A DNA stretch of 64,000 nt, from NCBI GenBank assembly GCA_964252035.1, contig OZ176207.1, one strand, 5' to 3'. Source of the DNA: Podarcis erhardii. Taxonomy: Eukaryota. The notes under the pieces were generated by a model. It was not told where the DNA came from, searched no databases, and saw only the letters and a list, made by a program, of their open reading frames with translations. This document shows, in pieces, positions 1 to 12,392 of the stretch; within the stretch, counting starts at the first letter, position 1; every line of letters starts with the position of its first letter. A program made the position numbers and the translations under genes.

Positions 1-65
1 GATCTTTCATAGTATTTGTAAGTGAGCATTGTTTACAAACCATAAGTATGTCTTGCCCCTTTAAG

Positions 66-180
66 GTCTCATGCAGAGATTACGAAACAGAGGGGAAAGG
101 GATCGGGAAAGGGAGCGCGAAAGAGAAATGAGGAGGAACAGCAGCGGCTTGCGAACTGGCTCTCGGAGGGACAGGGATAG
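66..180 (+). CDS. UBR5: UBR5 E3 ubiquitin ligase internal exon (Arg/Glu-rich segment before MLLE)
   Basis: AG at 64-65, GTAAGC at 181. Translates LMQRLRNRGERDREREREREMRRNSSGLRTGSRRDRD, matching recalled UBR5; phase is compatible with the next exon. Confidence 0.93.
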
Positions 181-489
181 GTAAGCAGCTTTCTTTTGAG
201 GTTAACTTTAAATCAGGAGACGATTTGGAATAATAAACTGCTCGTTCTCACCAAGAGTTTCGTTGAAAGGCAGAAAATAAATCTCTAAATTAGCTGCTCC
301 TCAGAAACGGGGCCTCAAAAGTGAGCAAAAGAATTAACTAGGAAGCACCTGCCACTTTACTGGGAAACAAAACCAAAGGTGGGGAAGGATGGGTTTAGCG
401 CAGCAGGAGCATATCCTGTATGTAGTGCATTTGATGTGGACCTTTTGGAGAGCAAAGACAATTTCTGATGAATTGCTGTTGTTTTTAAG

Positions 490-634
490 GGACTTTAGAA
501 GGCAGCTCTCCATTGATACCAGGCCTTTTCGACCCGCATCAGAAGGGAATCCTAGTGATGACCCTGATCCTCTTCCAGCACATCGGCAGGCCCTGGGTGA
601 AAGACTTTATCCCCGTGTACAAGCAATGCAACCT
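490..634 (+). CDS. UBR5: UBR5 exon, start of MLLE/PABC domain
   Basis: AG 488-489, GTAAGC 635. Translates DFRRQLSIDTRPFRPASEGNPSDDPDPLPAHRQALGERLYPRVQAMQP. Confidence 0.97.
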
Positions 635-930
635 GTAAGCCTAATGCTCTCTTCTGTCTACTGTGGCAAAAATCATTCTTGTTTCTTAATATGTACTGTA
701 TTCCACTTAAAAATTGGGTGTGTCTACACATACTTGACATGTTGGTGAATAGTGAATAAGCCGAAGAATGCAAAGAGTTTTGCCTTAGACCTGCAATTCT
801 TTGTAGTTGTCGGGCTCCGTTGAGGATCCTGTACTCCCCTAGGCATAGGGCTTCAAGATGGATTCCAGTGGAGCAGCAGCTAAATATGTAACAGGATCCA
901 TACCTAGAGCATCTGCCTCGCGTTAAATAA

Positions 931-1200
<270 letters not shown>

Positions 1201-1565
1201 TAAACTAACGTTATGGATAAATCCTTAAGGGAAAACTTTTTTAGATTGCGCCTGGCTTTGAGCTGTCACAGGGGGAAAATTGAATTAGATCTTTTGTACG
1301 TTGTAGCTCCTCTACAGAATTCCTGTGGTTTTGTACTTGTTTTTCTTTGTTTTCCCACTGGAAAACTATTTGTTGGGTATTCAGAATATTGAGAAAGGAA
1401 GATAGATCATTTAGCAGCTAGTAAAATCCATCTGTGCCCGCTTTCCATATTTCTTGAAGGACAAAAAGAGTGACTTATTTTACTAAATTACAATAACATT
1501 TAAATTGAATTTTAAAGCATGGCATTGACTCTGGTTAAACATTTTTCTTTCATTCTGTTCAAAAG

Positions 1566-1626
1566 GGAAAACGGAGCTGACAGTATCCTAGACCTTGGCT
1601 TGTTGGATTCTTCAGATAAAGTACAA
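1566..1626 (+). CDS. UBR5: UBR5 exon, MLLE-HECT linker
   Basis: AG 1564-1565, GTAAGA 1627. Translates ENGADSILDLGLLDSSDKVQ. Confidence 0.93.
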
Positions 1627-1929
1627 GTAAGACAAATGTTTTAACAGTGCCTTTATTAGTTTACTGTTATGTGCATGGAATACGTTGGACTGTTTGCAAG
1701 AGGAAAAGATTCTTTCAGTCTAGTACTGTGGTGATGAAACTAAATTTTATTTAAACTTTTCCCTTTAACTAAGTGTGCAATTCCATTAACTTTACCATTT
1801 GCTTAATTCCCTTTTTTTTACTTGGATGTGGTTTTGACAGACAACTTGTAACAGTGAAGAATATTTCAGTCTTCATTAGTGTGCAGAAAAAAACACCACT
1901 TTTTTACTTCTCTTTTTTTAAAAAAAAAG

Positions 1930-2105
1930 GAAAACAGAAAACGTCATGGTTCCAGTCGCAGTGTGGTAGACATGGAATTAGATGATACAGATGATGGTGA
2001 TGACAATGCACCACTCTTCTATCAACCTGGAAAGCGTGGCTTCTATACACCGAGGCCTGGCAAAAATACAGAAGCCAGACTAAATTGTTTCAGAAATATT
2101 GGCAG
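1930..2105 (+). CDS. UBR5: UBR5 exon, start of HECT region
   Basis: AAG acceptor ending 1929, GTAAAA 2106. Translates ENRKRHGSSRSVVDMELDDTDDGDDNAPLFYQPGKRGFYTPRPGKNTEARLNCFRNIG. Confidence 0.93.
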
Positions 2106-2247
2106 GTAAAATATTCTCAAGATTTGTGTGCATCGCTTTGTGTGAAAAATACTAGAATGTGTATAAAAGTAACGGTCACGAAAAGACGTAAAATTTTGCA
2201 ATTCAGCACCAGGTTTACAATGATTTCAACTAGACTTTGAAAATATA

Positions 2248-2416
2248 TCATATTTTTCCGTGTATAAGATGCCCCCCAATGTATAAGACGCCCCCAATTT
2301 TTGGGGACTCCAAATTAAGAAAACACCCCTCAGCACTACCTGTGTATAAGACGAGCCCCAATTTTAAACCTAATTTTTTGGTTAAAAAACCTAGTCTTAT
2401 ACACGGAAAAATACGG
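2248..2416. mobile_element. Tc1/mariner (Tc2-like) MITE in a UBR5 intron
   Basis: TIRs TCATATTTTTCCGTGTATAAGAT / GTCTTATACACGGAAAAATACGG, flanked by TA (2246-2247, 2417-2418). Internal GTATAAGACG repeats. Confidence 0.85.
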
Positions 2417-2524
2417 TAATTGATCTCATTTGCTTAGGTGTTCTTTTGACTTGGTTTCTTCATCACTTTTTCTTTTTTTAAAAAAAAAACAAAACTTCTT
2501 GTTCTGATACGTTTTTTTCTTCAG

Positions 2525-2609
2525 AATTCTAGGTTTATGCTTGCTACAGAATGAACTTTGCCCCATCACGTTAAATCGACATGTAATAAAAGTTCTTCTT
2601 GGCAGAAAG
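2525..2609 (+). CDS. UBR5: UBR5 HECT exon
   Basis: CAG 2522-2524, GTAAAC 2610. Translates ILGLCLLQNELCPITLNRHVIKVLLGRK. Confidence 0.96.
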
Positions 2610-3187
2610 GTAAACCTGCATATAAATAGGGCTTCAGTGTTATTTGATTAAAATTGTGGTGCTTGGTTTAAAATGTAGAGCTTGGTTAATTGGATATTGC
2701 CGCTATGTCACCCAGCCTTCCATTTAAAGCAGTGATTCTTCCTCCCTCTGCTGTGTACTTTTTCCACCAGAAAATGGGAACTCCCTCCAGTGTTCCATGT
2801 TCAGGCTTCTTTGAGCATTAGGGAATTGTATTTTGTAGCCACCTCCAGGGCCCCTCAGGAAAAACTGTGATGTGCAAACCTATTTCAAAGGTGTTTCGGA
2901 TCGTTAACCTGTCTTAACCATGGGCATAAGTTTGAATGGAGACATAGGCCCAGATCAGACATGGCATAATGTGAGAGAAAGCAGTGTGCCCTCCCTCCCT
3001 CATGGTGCCCTCTAGGCTTACCCTGATTTATTCAAAAAAGTTTCCTGGCATGCACATAAGTAGTAACTGTAATTTAGAGCAAGCCAGGAAACCAGTGCCA
3101 AGGTCAGGTGTGCAAGGAGGGAGGAATGTTCTGTCTGAACTAGGCACATTTGTTTCCTTATGAAAGAACAGAAGATTTGGACATAAC

Positions 3188-3277
3188 CATAGCTGTCAAC
3201 TTCTCCCTTTTTTAAAGGGAAATTCCCTTATTCCGAATAGGATTCCTTGCAAGAAAAGGGAAAAGTTGACAGCTATG
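3188..3277. mobile_element. 90-bp hAT-type MITE
   Basis: 24-bp TIR CATAGCTGTCAACTTCTCCCTTTT with one mismatch; perfect 8-bp TSD GACATAAC at 3180-3187 and 3278-3285. Confidence 0.92.
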
Positions 3278-3428
3278 GACATAACACTTCTCCTGACTAA
3301 CTTGCTTGGTATAGCCTTCAAAAAGCTTTTTGAAGTTCTTAACAGCAAAACTGCTCAGTAGAGTAGCTGTCTTGGTGAGCTGATGAGAAAACTAAAAGTG
3401 ATGTTTTACATGTGCATTTTATTTTCAG

Positions 3429-3584
3429 GTTAACTGGCATGATTTTGCTTTTTTCGATCCGGTAATGTATGAGAGTTTGCGGCAACTTATCCTCGCTTCC
3501 CAAAGTACAGATGCTGATGCAGTTTTTGCAGCAATGGACTTAGCATTTGCAATAGACCTATGCAAAGAGGAAGGCGGAGGACAG
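3429..3584 (+). CDS. UBR5: UBR5 HECT exon
   Basis: CAG 3426-3428, GTAAAC 3585. Translates VNWHDFAFFDPVMYESLRQLILASQSTDADAVFAAMDLAFAIDLCKEEGGGQ. Confidence 0.97.
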
Positions 3585-3837
3585 GTAAACAGCAGTTACA
3601 CCGTTACTCAGTGTAGCAGTTACACCGTTACTCAGACCATTCACCCCTTTTTGCTATTAATTGGAAATGGGTGAATGCATCTGTAATATTAGTGGCCAGT
3701 TTAACAAAACATATGGCTGAGGAAAATTCCCCTTGGAATATATTTCCATTATGTGAGGTATTTGTAAGTATTTTAAGAAGTTGGATTTTTTTAATATTAA
3801 AAATACCACACCCTTCTGTTTCACAATATTTTCCTAG

Positions 3838-3951
3838 GTTGAACTTATCTCCAATGGTGTAAATATACCAGTCACTCCTCAAAACGTTTATGAATATGTC
3901 CGAAAATACGCAGAGCACAGAATGTTAGTAGTTGCAGAACAACCTCTACAT
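3838..3951 (+). CDS. UBR5: UBR5 HECT exon
   Basis: TAG 3835-3837, GTAAGT 3952. Translates VELISNGVNIPVTPQNVYEYVRKYAEHRMLVVAEQPLH. Confidence 0.97.
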
Positions 3952-4980
3952 GTAAGTAGTACGGTTGAAAGGTTTTGGCTTATTTTGATGTTTTCTTACT
4001 CACATTTGATAATTTGCATAGAACTGTGTCTTTGAATTGATACATCACAATTTCTGCGCAGTCTTTGAAACTGAGCAAACAATGGTTGCCAGGAAGGTTT
4101 CTACTGCTCACCTGCAGGATTGTAAGGCCCCTGTGAAATTTACAAATAGCACAGGAAGTGCCGCTCTTCCTTGTGATTTGAGTGTGAGCATATTATTCTT
4201 CAGACTTTGCTCTTCTAGTTTCTCCCCTTCTGGAGGAAGTAGGCCAGGTGTTTTGTTTTTTCTGGCTGTCACTTCTGACAGCTGGTCCAAGTTGACTTTT
4301 TAGTTTGTTTGGCCGTTCAGTCAGGAAAAAGAGAAGTAGAAATTTTGTATTAATACCTTGAGATGAAAAAAGTATCTCACTTGATGTTTGTGATTATAAT
4401 AACTTTCTGGGTGGTGAAGGTGCTGCCTTATTGGTCCGTGATTCCTATGCAGAAGTAAACACAAGCCATGTCATGAGGAACAAATAGGACCCCTGCTATA
4501 ACTCAACATGCTAGAAATTGGGTGTCTGCAAATGTTGGCTGACCTTAATAGCCAGGCCAAAGCTTGTAAACACCAAGGGTTGGAGCCAATGTTAATAATA
4601 CTTAGAATAGACCCATGGAAATTAAGGGGCATTGCTTACTTATGTCCAGCAGCTTCAATGCTCTTGAGTAGAACTTTGTTTGCTGCAACCCCAAGATTCT
4701 GCCTCTCCTCTTGTACCTGACCTTGCTCTGTCCCTGTACTTGAGGTCATGTAAAGTTCCCAGTTCTCCACAACTCAGAAAGCCCAGTACAACCCTGTCGC
4801 CAAGCTCCATCTTCCGAGTGTAGGGCTCCCTTCATGATGCTTGCCAGAGGACAATAGCTCACTTGCCATGACAAACAGATTTATCTGCCAGTCGTTGGTT
4901 CTTTCCGTCTAGTTGTGCAGTAACCAGCCAATATGCAGTTCCTGGTAGTGTTTAAATTAAAATTATTGTGGCTTTTTCAG

Positions 4981-5125
4981 GCAATGAGGAAAGGTCTGCT
5001 GGATGTACTTCCAAAGAATTCATTAGAAGACTTGACAGCAGAAGATTTCAGGCTTCTCGTAAATGGCTGTGGTGAAGTTAATGTGCAAATGCTAATCAGC
5101 TTTACGTCCTTCAATGATGAATCAG
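4981..5125 (+). CDS. UBR5: UBR5 HECT exon
   Basis: CAG 4978-4980, GTATGA 5126. Translates AMRKGLLDVLPKNSLEDLTAEDFRLLVNGCGEVNVQMLISFTSFNDES. Confidence 0.97.
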
Positions 5126-5737
5126 GTATGAAATTCTTTGTGTAATCTTTTAGTCGTGCAGCAGTAATATTGCTCCAGACTGCTTCCCCTCCCCCCCTGC
5201 ATATTGGTTAGACAAATGCAATGTTTCCTGAAGCATGCAGACTATGGGGGAAATTCACTGTGAGCAACCATTTGTGTTTGCCTGATGGAATGATCTCCCC
5301 TCTCATCCTGCCACATCTAGGGGTTCTTCCGACCCTCCAGAATAGGTTTTGGGGGACTGAAGAGGGAGAGAAAGCCCTGTTGCCCTAGTGGGAATCCTTG
5401 CTCAGAGTGCTAGCAGAATGGGCTGGTTGCATCCAGCCCTGTGTCTCTCCATTGTATTTGTAGATTTTTGCAGATCTACAAAAATCACAGTGCAGATGGC
5501 TCATCCGTTTCTCCTTCACACCAGTCTCTTAATATAAACTATTACTTGCATACTAAAAGTAGTCTAGGGAAACCATGTCCTTGGATCCCTCTGTCTGCTC
5601 TTATTGGCATTTTAATTCACAGTTGGTTGTTGCTATTTGCACAACCAGAGTATTTCCATTAAGTCCACTATCTGATATCCACAACTAAATGTTATTCTCT
5701 GCCTGCTCTTCTGTTAATTTATTTCATTTTTGAACAG

Positions 5738-5823
5738 GAGAAAACGCTGAAAAGCTTTTGCAGTTCAAACGTTGGTTTTGGTCCATAGTTGAGAAGATGA
5801 GTATGACTGAAAGGCAGGATCTA
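5738..5823 (+). CDS. UBR5: UBR5 HECT exon
   Basis: CAG 5735-5737, GTAAGT 5824. Translates [28 protein letters not shown]. Confidence 0.97.
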
Positions 5824-6794
5824 GTAAGTATTCTTTCTTTTGGTCAACATATGGGATTTGTTAATCCTTGTTGGTACTAGATGACTCCACATTGGGGAGA
5901 AAAACAAGTTTCTTATTTTAACTACCCCAGTATGGTATCATTTCCTCCTGGGCCCAAAGAGCAAGTTCAGTCACTCAGAAGTTTGGGATTTGGAGTCTCT
6001 TCAAGATTGGTTCCTCCTGGTACATTTCCAACCTCCTTTGAAACTGAGGGGGGAGTATCAAAATCAGGCTACAATATAATACAGAGTCTGCCATAAAAAA
6101 AGAAAATCAGTAACATTTCCCCTTGGGCATTAGTTCTGATTTCAACATTTGAGTTTTTTAAAAGACTGGACAATGAGAATCTCGAGTAGATTACTTTTAG
6201 TTACTCTCATAAAATTAATAATGAGATTGTCATTTTCTGAAATGCTTCACATTCGTTATTTGAGCATTGTAGGTTTCTGTTACTGATTATTAACCAATTC
6301 AAGCTCTGTGTTAATTATTTTCTCTACCATAGAACTCCATTATTTGTAGTAAACAAAGAATCAAAGATGGTGCTGACAGATAACATCTTAAATATTGTTT
6401 GAATCTACAGGATTTTGGCATAAAGGGATGTAACATTAGTAACAACGATGTGTGGACACGAGGGACTAGGCTAGTGCCTTAAATGTTCCCAGTAAATTAG
6501 AGTATTAAAGTATTTAAACCTGGCGTCTGCTTCCCAAAGCCCAGAGCACAATGCTCTGGTGCGGTCCAAGAGTCCTCCCTCCACATTCCCAAAGCCCACC
6601 GATGCTCACATGTGTGAGGGCAGGACGTCATGCATGCAACGTCTCCCCCCCTCAATCGCCCTCGCAAGCTGGCGCCTCTGGCCCTAACTGTCACCCTACG
6701 ATAAATTTCACTGCATGCCACTGAAATATAAAATTGGCATGTGAATTCCCCCCTCCCCAAATCATTAACAGGTCACTGTTTATTTGCACCTTAG

Positions 6795-7007
6795 GTTTAT
6801 TTCTGGACGTCAAGCCCATCCTTGCCCGCTAGCGAAGAAGGATTTCAGCCCATGCCATCCATCACAATAAGGCCGCCAGATGACCAACACCTTCCTACAG
6901 CGAACACTTGTATTTCTCGCCTTTATGTCCCTCTGTATTCTTCTAAACAGATTCTCAAGCAGAAGTTGCTACTCGCCATTAAGACCAAAAATTTTGGTTT
7001 TGTGTAG
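6795..7007 (+). CDS. UBR5: UBR5 terminal coding exon, HECT C-lobe with catalytic Cys (TGT 6909-6911)
   Basis: TAG 6792-6794. Translates [70 protein letters not shown], stop TAG 7005-7007. LPTANTC is the HECT active-site motif. Confidence 0.98.
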   Translation, partial: VYFWTSSPSLPASEEGFQPMPSITIRPPDDQHLPTANTCISRLYVPLYSSKQILKQKLLLAIKTKNFGFV

Positions 7008-8090
7008 AGTATAAAAAGTGTGTATTGCTGTGTAATATTAATAGCTAGTTTTTTTGTAGATTTTCCATTTGTCTATAAAAGTTTATGAAAGTTAATGCTG
7101 TCATACTCTCCCTGCTGGTATTGCAATGACTAAATGCAACATTCCTGTACTAAGTTTGCAACCCAAGGGGCCGAAGGAGCACTAGCAATGTCGGACTGTA
7201 ACCATTTGCTAGTTGCCGGCTTCCTGGCCAACCCCAGCCAAAGATGACAGCAGAACAATATAAATTACACTGTGATTTAGCTTTTTGCCGGGGGAGGGTG
7301 GGGAAGGAATATGTAAAATGTTCTAAGAAAATTCACTGCTGCCTTTGTGGAAAGTGCTTCAGCAAAGGTTCTTGTATAGAGGGAGTAGGGAATTTCAAAA
7401 TAAAAGATGAAGTATGTTCTGTGTTTTATTTTAACTTTTTTTTTTAATGGTGTTTAATTTTGTGGTTGGCTGCAGTTGTGCATCATGTATATTGAACTTG
7501 TAAAAAGTTCTTGCCAGTTAGAGCTAAGAGTTGAAATCATTCACGTTTGCTTACAAAAAACCACTGCCATTGCAAGTTTTGTCTCTTTGCATTGGACTCT
7601 GGCACACAAATACCACCACTAATGTTTTGCATGTAATCTGTATACCTTAGTGAGGATCTTTTTGTACATAACAAGGAAGCCAATGCACAGTATTTAATCG
7701 TTCACAATCAACATTTTTGTATCCCTCTTTCCTCGAGCAATCAGTCAGAAGGTTGTTCCACTTCCAACTCCAACCTGGACACTTGTTCTGCTGTGTCTCA
7801 GACTGTTTAAAATTTCAGCCTAGGCACTACCTGGTAACTGTAAAATGTTTATAAGATCATGATTATTTGAAGGTACATTTTGAAGAAATTTAATGTTCGT
7901 GAGCAGCTTAACTACTTTTGTATCTAGCCTTTTTTAAGTATCTTGTTACAGTTTTTAATAAATTACAGACAAAAGTACAAAGTCATACTGAAGAAACAAT
8001 AGTTTTTATTTATATAGCCTGTATAATCCTAGTTATCACCACACACCACAGTCATTCACTAAGCCACTCTAAATTTCATAAGTCAATAAA
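7008..8090 (+). other. UBR5: UBR5 3' UTR (extent inferred)
   Basis: Repeat-free AU-rich sequence after the stop with AATAAA at 7399-7404, 7957-7962 and 8085-8090. The true 3' end cannot be fixed without RNA data. Confidence 0.7.
7957..7962 (+). terminator. Candidate main UBR5 polyadenylation signal AATAAA
   Basis: Canonical hexamer with upstream U-rich and UGUA elements (TTGTATC, TTTTTAAG) and downstream TTTTTATTT at about 8002-8010. Confidence 0.55.
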
Positions 8091-11000
8091 ACTCATTCTC
8101 ATCTTCAGTCGAAATGGAAGGAGTTCAGCCCACATTTTACAGTTAGCAGAACTGCCCTGCCCTGGCAAGCTCTCTTGTTTTCACCAGGCTGTGCAAGATG
8201 GAGGCGTAATGTAGTTTTGTTCAATCAGCACAAAGAAAAGTTTGCCAAATGTATTGTGGTGTGCTGAGTGCTTGCTTCTTTTTTTTTAATTAAACATTTT
8301 TACAATGAAGGGGAGAGAGTCCTATTGTATTTCAGTACGCCAGGGTCCCGTTTTGTTTAGTTCTTAAGTGATGTATGAAAGGGGGAGGCTCTGTGTTGTT
8401 GCTTGCTCACCATCTCCTACTAGACATAAAACTCTTTCCATTATGATTGTTGGCTTCAGTTGTTCCCCTGTCCCCATGGTTTTTGGCTGGGGGGTGGGTG
8501 GGGAGAGAACAGCACATCGCTGCAAACTTGCTTAAATTTCTACCAAAGTGGAAAACTGCTCCTCTCCCCCACTTCACCCTTAACAACAGCATTCAAGCCC
8601 CTTTCTGCCTTAGCTTAAAAAATAGAATGGCTGCCTTCTACAGAAAAATCTAACTCTGACAGGCCTTGGGGAAGCTCGCTAGAGCACATCTCTGACCTCC
8701 ATGCAGTAGACTCTGAAGACTATTTGTTCTCTTAAAGGTGACTGTGCCAGACTTGTATAGTTAGGGAACAACTGCAGGTGCTTTTAAAAAATATTTTCCC
8801 CCCTGCATGTATTGATGAACTAATTAGTTTCCCCTTTGACAGCCCTTTGAGGGATAAGGATGGAGTTTCTGGTGATGTATTCAGTGGATATAAAGTTTTG
8901 GATTCTGTTCCTGAATCTGCTACTGGCTTTTATGGCAAGTTACTTAATGTCTCTGGGCCTCTTACTCACATTCTGTAAAATAATGATAGCTACCTACCTC
9001 ACTGAGGTGTTGAGGCTTAATAAGGTTAATCTCTTCCAGAGCCCTCTTATGAAAGGCTGTGTATATTGTAAAGTATTGTTATATATAACCTGTGTATATA
9101 TAGCATATCCATATGTTATATGTATAATTATGTATATAACATAGCTGTTTTACAACAATCACAGCAGGATAAAACTACACAGTCAACAAGCCTGATATAG
9201 TAGCCTAAAAAGAAAATATATACATGTAGAAAACACTTTGCTGATACTCTAACCGAAGGGGAAAGCTAGAATGATTTATGCTGTAGTCATTGACTCAAGA
9301 TGTATATGTAGCTATATAAATAGCTTTTCTCTGTATATTTGAACAGTATCAAGCTTTTCATAAGAAATGTTTATTAAAATTGTACACCACATTGCTGTCT
9401 GGCTTAAGTTAGTTTCTTTTAAATATGTGGTATAGAGTAAAAGCAAAAGCAAAGCAATAGGAAAACTTTAGTTCTTTGAAGCTAGATGTGGTTTCTTCGA
9501 TTGTGTATTGCAACACACAGTGTTGGTTTGAAAGCTGATACTAATGCTCCCAGATTTCAAAAATGGAACTGGGTTTCTTCTTAAGCCTGTTTCCCTGGTA
9601 GTTATCGAGCCCATTGGCTTGAAGTTAACGTGTGTGAGTCACTTTGGCCTGCTGACCATGGGTTCTTGGTCTTCTGCCAGGAGATGGTGTTGGGGGTAGG
9701 GAAGGGGTCGTCTGTCACCATCATCCACAAGGACAATGTGAGAGAGGGTCAAGCACCGCAGCCTGTTTGTGCCACATTTTATTATTGTGTGTTCACAATT
9801 ATTCACTGTATATTGCTTGATTTTGTTATTTTTCCATTAGTTAAGCCTAACCTGAGATGGAGTGAGCAGCAAATGTTAAATGGGGCCTCAGTCTTTCAAG
9901 CAGACATACAATGCAACAGTTGTCTCATTTTGCAAGCAGCAATTTGAAACTAAATATAAACTTGTTTAGATGTCTAACAACTGCTATCTTACATATCCTT
10001 TACTGTTTGGCAAGCAGGCCTGCGCTACCCAACTAAAACAGGCAAATGTAAGAGCAAACATATTAATCACAGTACGAAGGATTTGAGATGGGACATTTAA
10101 TAGTAAAGACACCAGTAAATCATCGCATGTAAATCCCTGAAATAAGCATCTTGGTAAACTGAAAAGTACAGCACAAGTACTGCAAAGAAAGACACAAATA
10201 AGAATTATGCGGCAGATAGGCCTTCACCAATGCTAAGATGGTTTGGAATACAGCTCTTCATTCACCCCTGCCATTATGTGCCAAGGGGTTTGTGAAAGTT
10301 GCAGGAGATGGATATTTTATTTCACTCTACGAGGCACCTGCAAGCAAGAGTGATCTTGAAACGTTTGAAATATACATGAAATCCATTTGTTTTAAGGCTC
10401 TAGCTTCCTAGGTGAACTGATTTTCACGGGTTACTCTGGTCTTGGTGGAGTTGATTCTTTATAGTCTTATGCACCTCCATCTATGACATCATCTTCAGTG
10501 CACTGCATGACCCACAAAAGTGCTGCATGAGTTTTAGGATATATTTTTAAAAAACAAGTCTGGTATGCATTCCAGATAAATATTTGAATACCACCGGACG
10601 AAATCTTTTGAGGCTCCTTACATTGCAAGAATTTCAACACAATCTTCCAAAAGCTTTTTTGGCTGGCCAGACACTGAGCAAAGGTCAACTTTGGAACCAA
10701 AGAGAGGTCAATAACAGATTGCGATTATTGCCGAATGAGTTAATGCCCAACCCTCTCCTCTTTGCAGGGTCATATACCTAAGTAAATACTTCTAGTGAAG
10801 AAGTGTCCATTCAAGTTACCTTGGAGGCTGAGATGGGCATACCGTTTTGCTATGACATCTTTCAGCGGAACATTTCTCGAGTCGTCCCTCTGACTTGGAT
10901 TGCAGTCATTAAGTTATAAACAGGATGGCAAATTAATCCTCTAGGTTTACGGCTTTATGTATAGGCTACAGACATGTATATAGCCTATAGTTTTTCAGAG

Positions 11001-11599
11001 CTTTGAAGGTAATAGAATCAGACGATAGAATTCACTGTTGTGCTATTACCATGGCTCCATCAGCACAAGCATTTCAGCTTGCTAGGTGGAACGATCTTGC
11101 TGCCTCCCCCCTGTGAGTTTTGAGGGCTCTCCTGACCCCCTAGAGCTGATTTGGGGGGGCCCATGGGAGAGGAGAGGGGAGATTGTTCTTGTACTCGTGC
11201 ACTCCTCTCACTAGCGCAGCTGTTTAGCTGAATCCATACCACAGAACCAGAGAGTTTGGAAGGGACTTGGACATTAGTCTAGTCAAACTGCTTCCCAGTG
11301 TAAGAAATGCACTGCTTCATTTCAACAAAATATTACAATTATTCTGAGCAATTGATCGTACAACTGAACACTACCTTAAAAAGCATACTGGAACAAGAAA
11401 GTTTTAGTCACTTATCTGAATCTCAGCAAGGAGGGGCGTCTGCCTAATCTCGGTTGGCAGGGAGTTCTACAGGTTTCGTACCACCACACTGAAAACAGTG
11501 TCACTGCAGTTCCTCCACCTTGGATGTTCTGCTCCTTGGTGCTTGAGTGTTATTTGTGGCCAGGAGTGTCTGTTTTCTAACCAGAGGGTACTTTTGCTA

Positions 11600-11830
11600 C
11601 ACCCTCTCCTGATAAGTAACAGACCACTGTGATATATGCCCTACTAACCTCAAGATTGCACTGCCCTTACTATAAGCCTGCCTTTGAATGTTCAGAAATG
11701 ACAACTGATCCAAAGTGCAGCAGCAAGATTACTAGGCATGCCAAAGAGACCGCAGGATACCAGTCCTCAGAAGAGCTGCTCTGGTTACCAATGAGGTTCC
11801 AGGCCAAATACCAAGTGCTACTTTTAACAT
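11600..11830 (+). mobile_element. Decayed L2 LINE ORF2 3' fragment
   Basis: Frameshifted peptides ALLTSRL, QLIQSAAARLLG and ELLWLPMRFQAKYQVLLLTYN match the L2 post-RT motif pattern. Confidence 0.7.
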
Positions 11831-12133
11831 ATAATCTCATGCCTCATGCCTTCTTCCATATGTTCTCTGCTTAAAGTTTCTCTTCACGCTGTCAGTTGAT
11901 TTCCAGTAAGGCAGCTTAGCATTGAAAGGATATATATCGAGAGCTACTTGAGTGCTTTGTAGGATTAGGTTCCTACTTTCACTATTGTTATTTTTACTAT
12001 TTGTAGTCTCTCGGTTATCAGGTTATCAAGTCCAGACCGGTCATGGGGGAGGACAACACTGTGGTCAGCCTCTTTAGAATTGAGGGAGCTATTTCTGGTT
12101 GCCAGAAGACCAACTCAGTTAGAAGAGAAGTTA

Positions 12134-12392
12134 CTGTATTTTTCGCTCTATAAGACGCACCAGACCACAAGATGCACCTAGTTTTTGGAGGAGCAAAACA
12201 ATAAAAAAAATATTCTGAATCTCAGAAGCCAGAACAGCAAGAGGGATCGCTGCGCAGTGAAAGCAGCAATCCCTCTTGCTGTTCTGGCTTCTGTGATAGC
12301 TGCGCAGCCTGCATTCGCTCCATAAGACGCACACACATTTCCCCTTACTTTTTAGGAGGGAAAAAGTGAGACTTAGAGAGAAAAAAATACAG
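12134..12392. mobile_element. Tc1/mariner (Tc2-like) MITE with internal hairpin
   Basis: TIR CTGTATTTTTCGCTCTATAAGAC / ...AAAAAAATACAG, TA flanks at 12132-12133 and 12393-12394. Internal inverted repeat GAAGCCAGAACAGCAAGAGGGAT...ATCCCTCTTGCTGTTCTGGCTTC. Confidence 0.85.

Noticed and set aside
6660-6690. CTCF-like GGCCAGAGGCGCC in the last UBR5 intron (minus strand)
   Set aside because: It lacks one base of the AGRKGGC core and lies in what looks like a decayed repeat.
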